From contig CT868046.1 in assembly GCA_000165425.1 (NCBI GenBank), positions 62,001 through 126,000 of the forward strand: 64,000 bases of DNA, read 5' to 3'. Position numbers and translations under genes: made by a program. This stretch comes from Paramecium tetraurelia. Taxonomy: Eukaryota. Below are positions 60,180-64,000 of this stretch, in pieces. Each line of letters opens with the position of its first letter. The first letter of the stretch is position 1. The notes beneath the pieces are model-generated. The model was not told the origin of the DNA, did not search any database, and saw only the letters and a list, made by a program, of their open reading frames with translations.

Positions 60180-61185
60180 ATGTCATTCCACCCCAATGTG
60201 AGTGAAATAAGATTAACTAATTAATCTCCCAATAGAAACTTTAATCCTATGAATTCCTCTATGCAATTCATACCAGATCTTAATCTTGACAACTAACCTG
60301 ATGACTAAATTTCTCCTAGAAAGGAAATAATCAAGAAAGGAATTTTGAAGACTTTTTATTATTAGGTATTATGATATATAGATGTAGGATGTGAAAAGAA
60401 GAAAGCTGATTGGATGTAATATATATGTGAATGAAATGAATGAATAGTAATTATAATTATCTAAAAGAGGATGTATATTTTATTACAATAACTAAAGTGA
60501 CTTGCAGGATATGCATGAATGAGGAAGAAACTTCAAGATTTATTATGCCTTGTGCATGCAAAGGAAGCCTGTAATATATACATGAAGAGTGTTTAAAACT
60601 TTGGATCCTTTAGAAAAATGGCATAGAAGATGTATTTAAAGACAGAGTACTTATTAAAATTAACGAATTAGATTAAATGTGAATTATGTTCACAAAAATT
60701 TCGTATGCGAATGCAATTACACAATCACTTTGAGAAATCTCGATTTTGGGAAGTACCAAAACACTAAAAGATATGTTGGCTTATTTAACTTTTCTTTATT
60801 TTTGCTATAATTAGTTCTATTGCTGGTACGAAATATATACTATGTAGTATTATTTACTAATTTTGGGCTATCTAACATAGGAGTAGATGCTGTCATGACT
60901 TTGTTGATAGTGCTGTGTTTAATTTTAATAGTATATCTTGCTGCAAGTGTTATTGCATTTCATTAAGTAGAAATGATTGAGAATTGGACAATAAGTAATT
61001 ATCGACCAAGAAGAGATACGAAATAGGGTAGCTTTTTTTAATTATAATCTTAAATGGGATAAAGTGTAACTGGTAGTCCTATAGTTCGGAAAAAGACAGC
61101 ATCGGTTCATCCGAATGGACTAAATAACTTATAAGTCATTTAAGTCAACTAACTCATGACTAGTACAAATATCTCTGAATAATGA
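60180..61185 (+). CDS. RING-CH (MARCH-type) membrane E3 ligase, copy 1
   Basis: CRICMNEEETSRFIMPCACKGSLQYIHEECLKLWI...KCELC followed by two TM helices. Several introns. Confidence 0.9.
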
Positions 61186-61230
61186 TTTATTTATATTATT
61201 AAATTGCACAATACTTTTGAATTTTGATTA

Positions 61231-62054
61231 ATGGCTGATGATAGGAATGATGCAACTTCTTAGAATAATAATTTCATCTTTTTGAATACTTCTGAGTAGG
61301 GAATTAACGAAAATGTTGAAAATTAGAAATTCAGAAAAAAAATATTAAAGACTATTTATTTGAAAGTAAAATAGTGAATTAGTCTAGAGGATTTGATTAG
61401 GAAAAAAACAGTTGGTTGTAGAATATATACAAATGAGTTAAATGGACTATTTCCATAAGAAATAAGTATGAATTTAATTAATTAGATAAAATTTGCAGAA
61501 TATGTATCTAAGATGATTAATCCTCTCAATTCATTTCACCATGTAAATGTAAAGGTTCAACAGAATTTGTACATGAAGAATGCTTAAAAATGTGGATTTT
61601 ATAATAATTCGGTGTGAATAAGATATTAAATCGAGAAGTAGTATTTTAATAAATATATTTTTAGTTATACTGTGAAATTTGTAAATATAAATTAGAATAC
61701 AGAGTAAAATTTGTTAATCGATTTGACTTTTTTCAATTCAGAAATTAAAAATTGGCAACAAAACTGTGCTGGGTCATTCAGTTTATCATTATGGCATTAT
61801 GCATTTACGCTTAAATTACAATTATCTAAAGATTTGGAATCAATTCTTTATCAACTATCTCAATATTTATAGCAATCTGTTTGGTGGTTCTTGTGATAAT
61901 TATACAATTTTCCTTTAGTTTTTTGTCAGCTATTAAAATAGAAATGATGGAAAAATGGGAATTTCATAATTATAAGCCTTCTTGTAGAATTTTGGATGGT
62001 CAACTTGAAATGCCTGGCAATTTTTTGAAGGTCAATTTGATTCACTGTCTTTGA
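61231..62054 (+). CDS. RING-CH (MARCH-type) membrane E3 ligase, copy 2
   Basis: CRICIQDDQSSQFISPCKCKGSTEFVHEECLKMWI...YCEIC and two TMs. Includes a 20-nt intron at 61466-61485. Confidence 0.9.
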
Positions 62055-62112
62055 GTATAGATTCTTCTAATATTGCGCTTAAAATATATAATATTAAATA
62101 AATTATTAATTT

Positions 62113-62706
62113 ATGTCGAAATAGTAATGGACACTATTGACTACAGACACTTAAAAACTATAATTATTTGGTATGCAAGCCAAAGTCACAACAAATTATG
62201 GTGATGTATTTCAAGGCCTCATATATTATTGCGATGAATCAATCATTATTTTAAGTATGATTGAAATAGGAATATAATAGAAAATGAAGAGGACTTCTTT
62301 TTAATCAATCAACAATAAATATAAGATTTGCAAACTATTGATATTCAAGATCCTAAAGTATACGTTCCAATAAGCGTAGTAAACGTTATCAAATTTATTG
62401 GCAATCGATTTGGCAGCTATGGCATAAGAGATGATAAAAAAGGAGATGAAAGAACCTCATTAACAATTATTCGATCATCTATAAAAATTGTATAGAGATG
62501 TTGATTGGAAAGATTAGGAGATCATTATTCCATCTATTTCGATAAGGATTTCACCGCCTTATAAATCAGGTAATATTATTAGTGATTTTACTCATAGATA
62601 ATATCTCAGGGGATAATAAATTGGGAGTTGAAAGACTAAGGAAAATTGTAAAGTATATAATAATGAACTTTTTATTTAGGTTGATAAATATGCCAAAAAT
62701 TTTTGA
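62113..62706 (+). CDS. LSM12: LSM12-like protein (Lsm domain + C-terminal AD domain)
   Basis: After four introns: GMQAKVTTNYGDVFQGLIYYCD (Lsm) and QQLFDHLQKLYRDVDWKDQEIII..IRISPPYK..GVERLRKIVDKY, matching the LSM12 AD domain. Confidence 0.78.
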
Positions 62707-62772
62707 ATATAGTTAAACATTATATAGATAAATATAATATTTTTACATTGCAATTTTGCAATATTTAATTTT

Positions 62773-63325
62773 ATGAATAATCGAGAAGAGGAGAAACAGA
62801 CCCAATAAGGAGACGATACGTAAATATTTAATTTAAGTAAGAGCTAATAATAACGATGAGGAATAGAGAAAATAATATTTATAGGATTTGTAAAAACGAG
62901 TAAAAGAATCTAGAAAACAACCTGATTGCTTTGAATGCTGTTTTGCATATTGGTTATTTATCTTATTAGGATTTGTGTTTAGACAACTCTTCTAAAAAAA
63001 AGTAGATGAAACACCTGAGGGCTGCGATTTCATTGGATTAATTATATCAATACTTTTGATTGTGTTTTCATTGTCTGCTTTTTGCAGATTTATAGATGGC
63101 TTTTGCATTTTAATACCTTGCAAAAATACTAGTTGCTTTCATTTATCTTTAAGATTCCACGATCTCAACAACCTTATCAATTTTTAGACATGCAAATGGG
63201 GTTTAATTATATTGACCATCATATGGCTACTCAATTATAGCTGCATTGTATTTTGGCCGATGTTTATCTTCCTATTGATAACTTGGATATTGGTATTAGT
63301 ATGGAAGGCAATGGAAAATGAATGA
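62773..63325 (+). CDS. Small Cys-rich multi-TM hypothetical protein
   Basis: CFECCFAYWLFILLGFVF, CDFIGLIISILLIVFSLSAFC and WGLIILTIIWLLNYSCIVFWPMFIFLLITWILVLVW hydrophobic segments; TGA at 63323. Confidence 0.7.
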
Positions 63326-63393
63326 TAGATTTATTGAATAATAATTTTAAAACCAAAAAGAAGCAAAAACGATTTTTAATAATAATATAAATT

Positions 63394-63859
63394 ATGATTA
63401 AGGCAATTCTCATCTGTGTCTTATTATTATCAGTAACTGCAGGACATGTAAGAAAAAGTCACAAAGCAGTCCATAATAAAAAAGCAAGGACCTTTAATAG
63501 TGCATTCATTGAATTTGAAAATTTGGGAGATAAAGATTACCATTTGAGCGCAAAAGAAGCATGTAATTACTTAATTCTCTATATTCTTATTAGAACATTG
63601 GGCTCAAATTACATCAGACGTAGAGACTTAAACCAAAAAGCACACCTCATTCACAGAAACTCATGCTGAATATGTTCCAGGAGTTGTTGGAGAAGTACTC
63701 GATCTTTCAAACAATGCTGGAGTTATTTCCTACACAGCAACCGACATCAATGGAAATATTCTTGAATCTGAGACAGGAAGTGATTTGGCAAGTAAATTGA
63801 ATGCTGCCTATCTTGAAACGACCTCAAAAATTTAGGATTCAACCGCAGAATCTCTTTGA
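63394..63859 (+). CDS. Small secreted (pre-pro) protein, ~144 aa
   Basis: Signal peptide MIKAILICVLLLSVTA, a basic pro-region and one 31-nt intron. Continues QHWAQITSDVETQ...YVPGVVGEVLDLSNNAG...STAESL-TGA. Confidence 0.78.
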
Positions 63860-64000
63860 GATTTATTATATAAACATAAACAAATATCATAATTAAAATC
63901 TTTAGAATTTATAGCCTTTTCTTTAAAATATCGATTCGTAAGAGCTCAAATACAAATACAGTTTAATTTAATCTATAAATTTTCACTGTTATGTGTAGTA

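Overview
This is very AT-rich, gene-dense ciliate macronuclear DNA, almost certainly Paramecium. It carries a trichocyst matrix T4 gene that closely matches the P. tetraurelia protein as I recall it. TAA and TAG read as Gln, TGA is the only stop, and introns are tiny (20-32 nt, GT..AG), so the supplied standard-code ORF track is mostly fragments or artefacts. I re-translated by eye with the ciliate code and found about 30 genes. They include an ODA docking-complex (ODA1/CCDC114-like) protein, a two-TM DEG/ENaC-topology protein, a TmcB-like PAS protein, a divergent PP2A-A scaffold, an enoyl-CoA isomerase, a vWA tail-anchored protein, PRP8, trichocyst T4, INO80, an SLC38A9-like transporter, a RING+PHD protein, two M14 carboxypeptidases, a ~2,400-aa Cys-rich surface protein, a BRE1-like E3, eIF2D, tandem NAAA/acid-ceramidase genes, a CNBD K+ channel, tandem RING-CH ligases and LSM12. 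The best finding is a three-intron gene at 13726-14387 (-) encoding a Whirly-like ssDNA-binding protein, a family usually described as plant-specific, with a probable mitochondrial presequence. Six single-base +1 frameshifts also interrupt conserved genes (PRP8, INO80 x2, eIF2D, NAAA-1 x2); assembly error is the most likely cause. All family assignments come from remembered motifs, not database searches.
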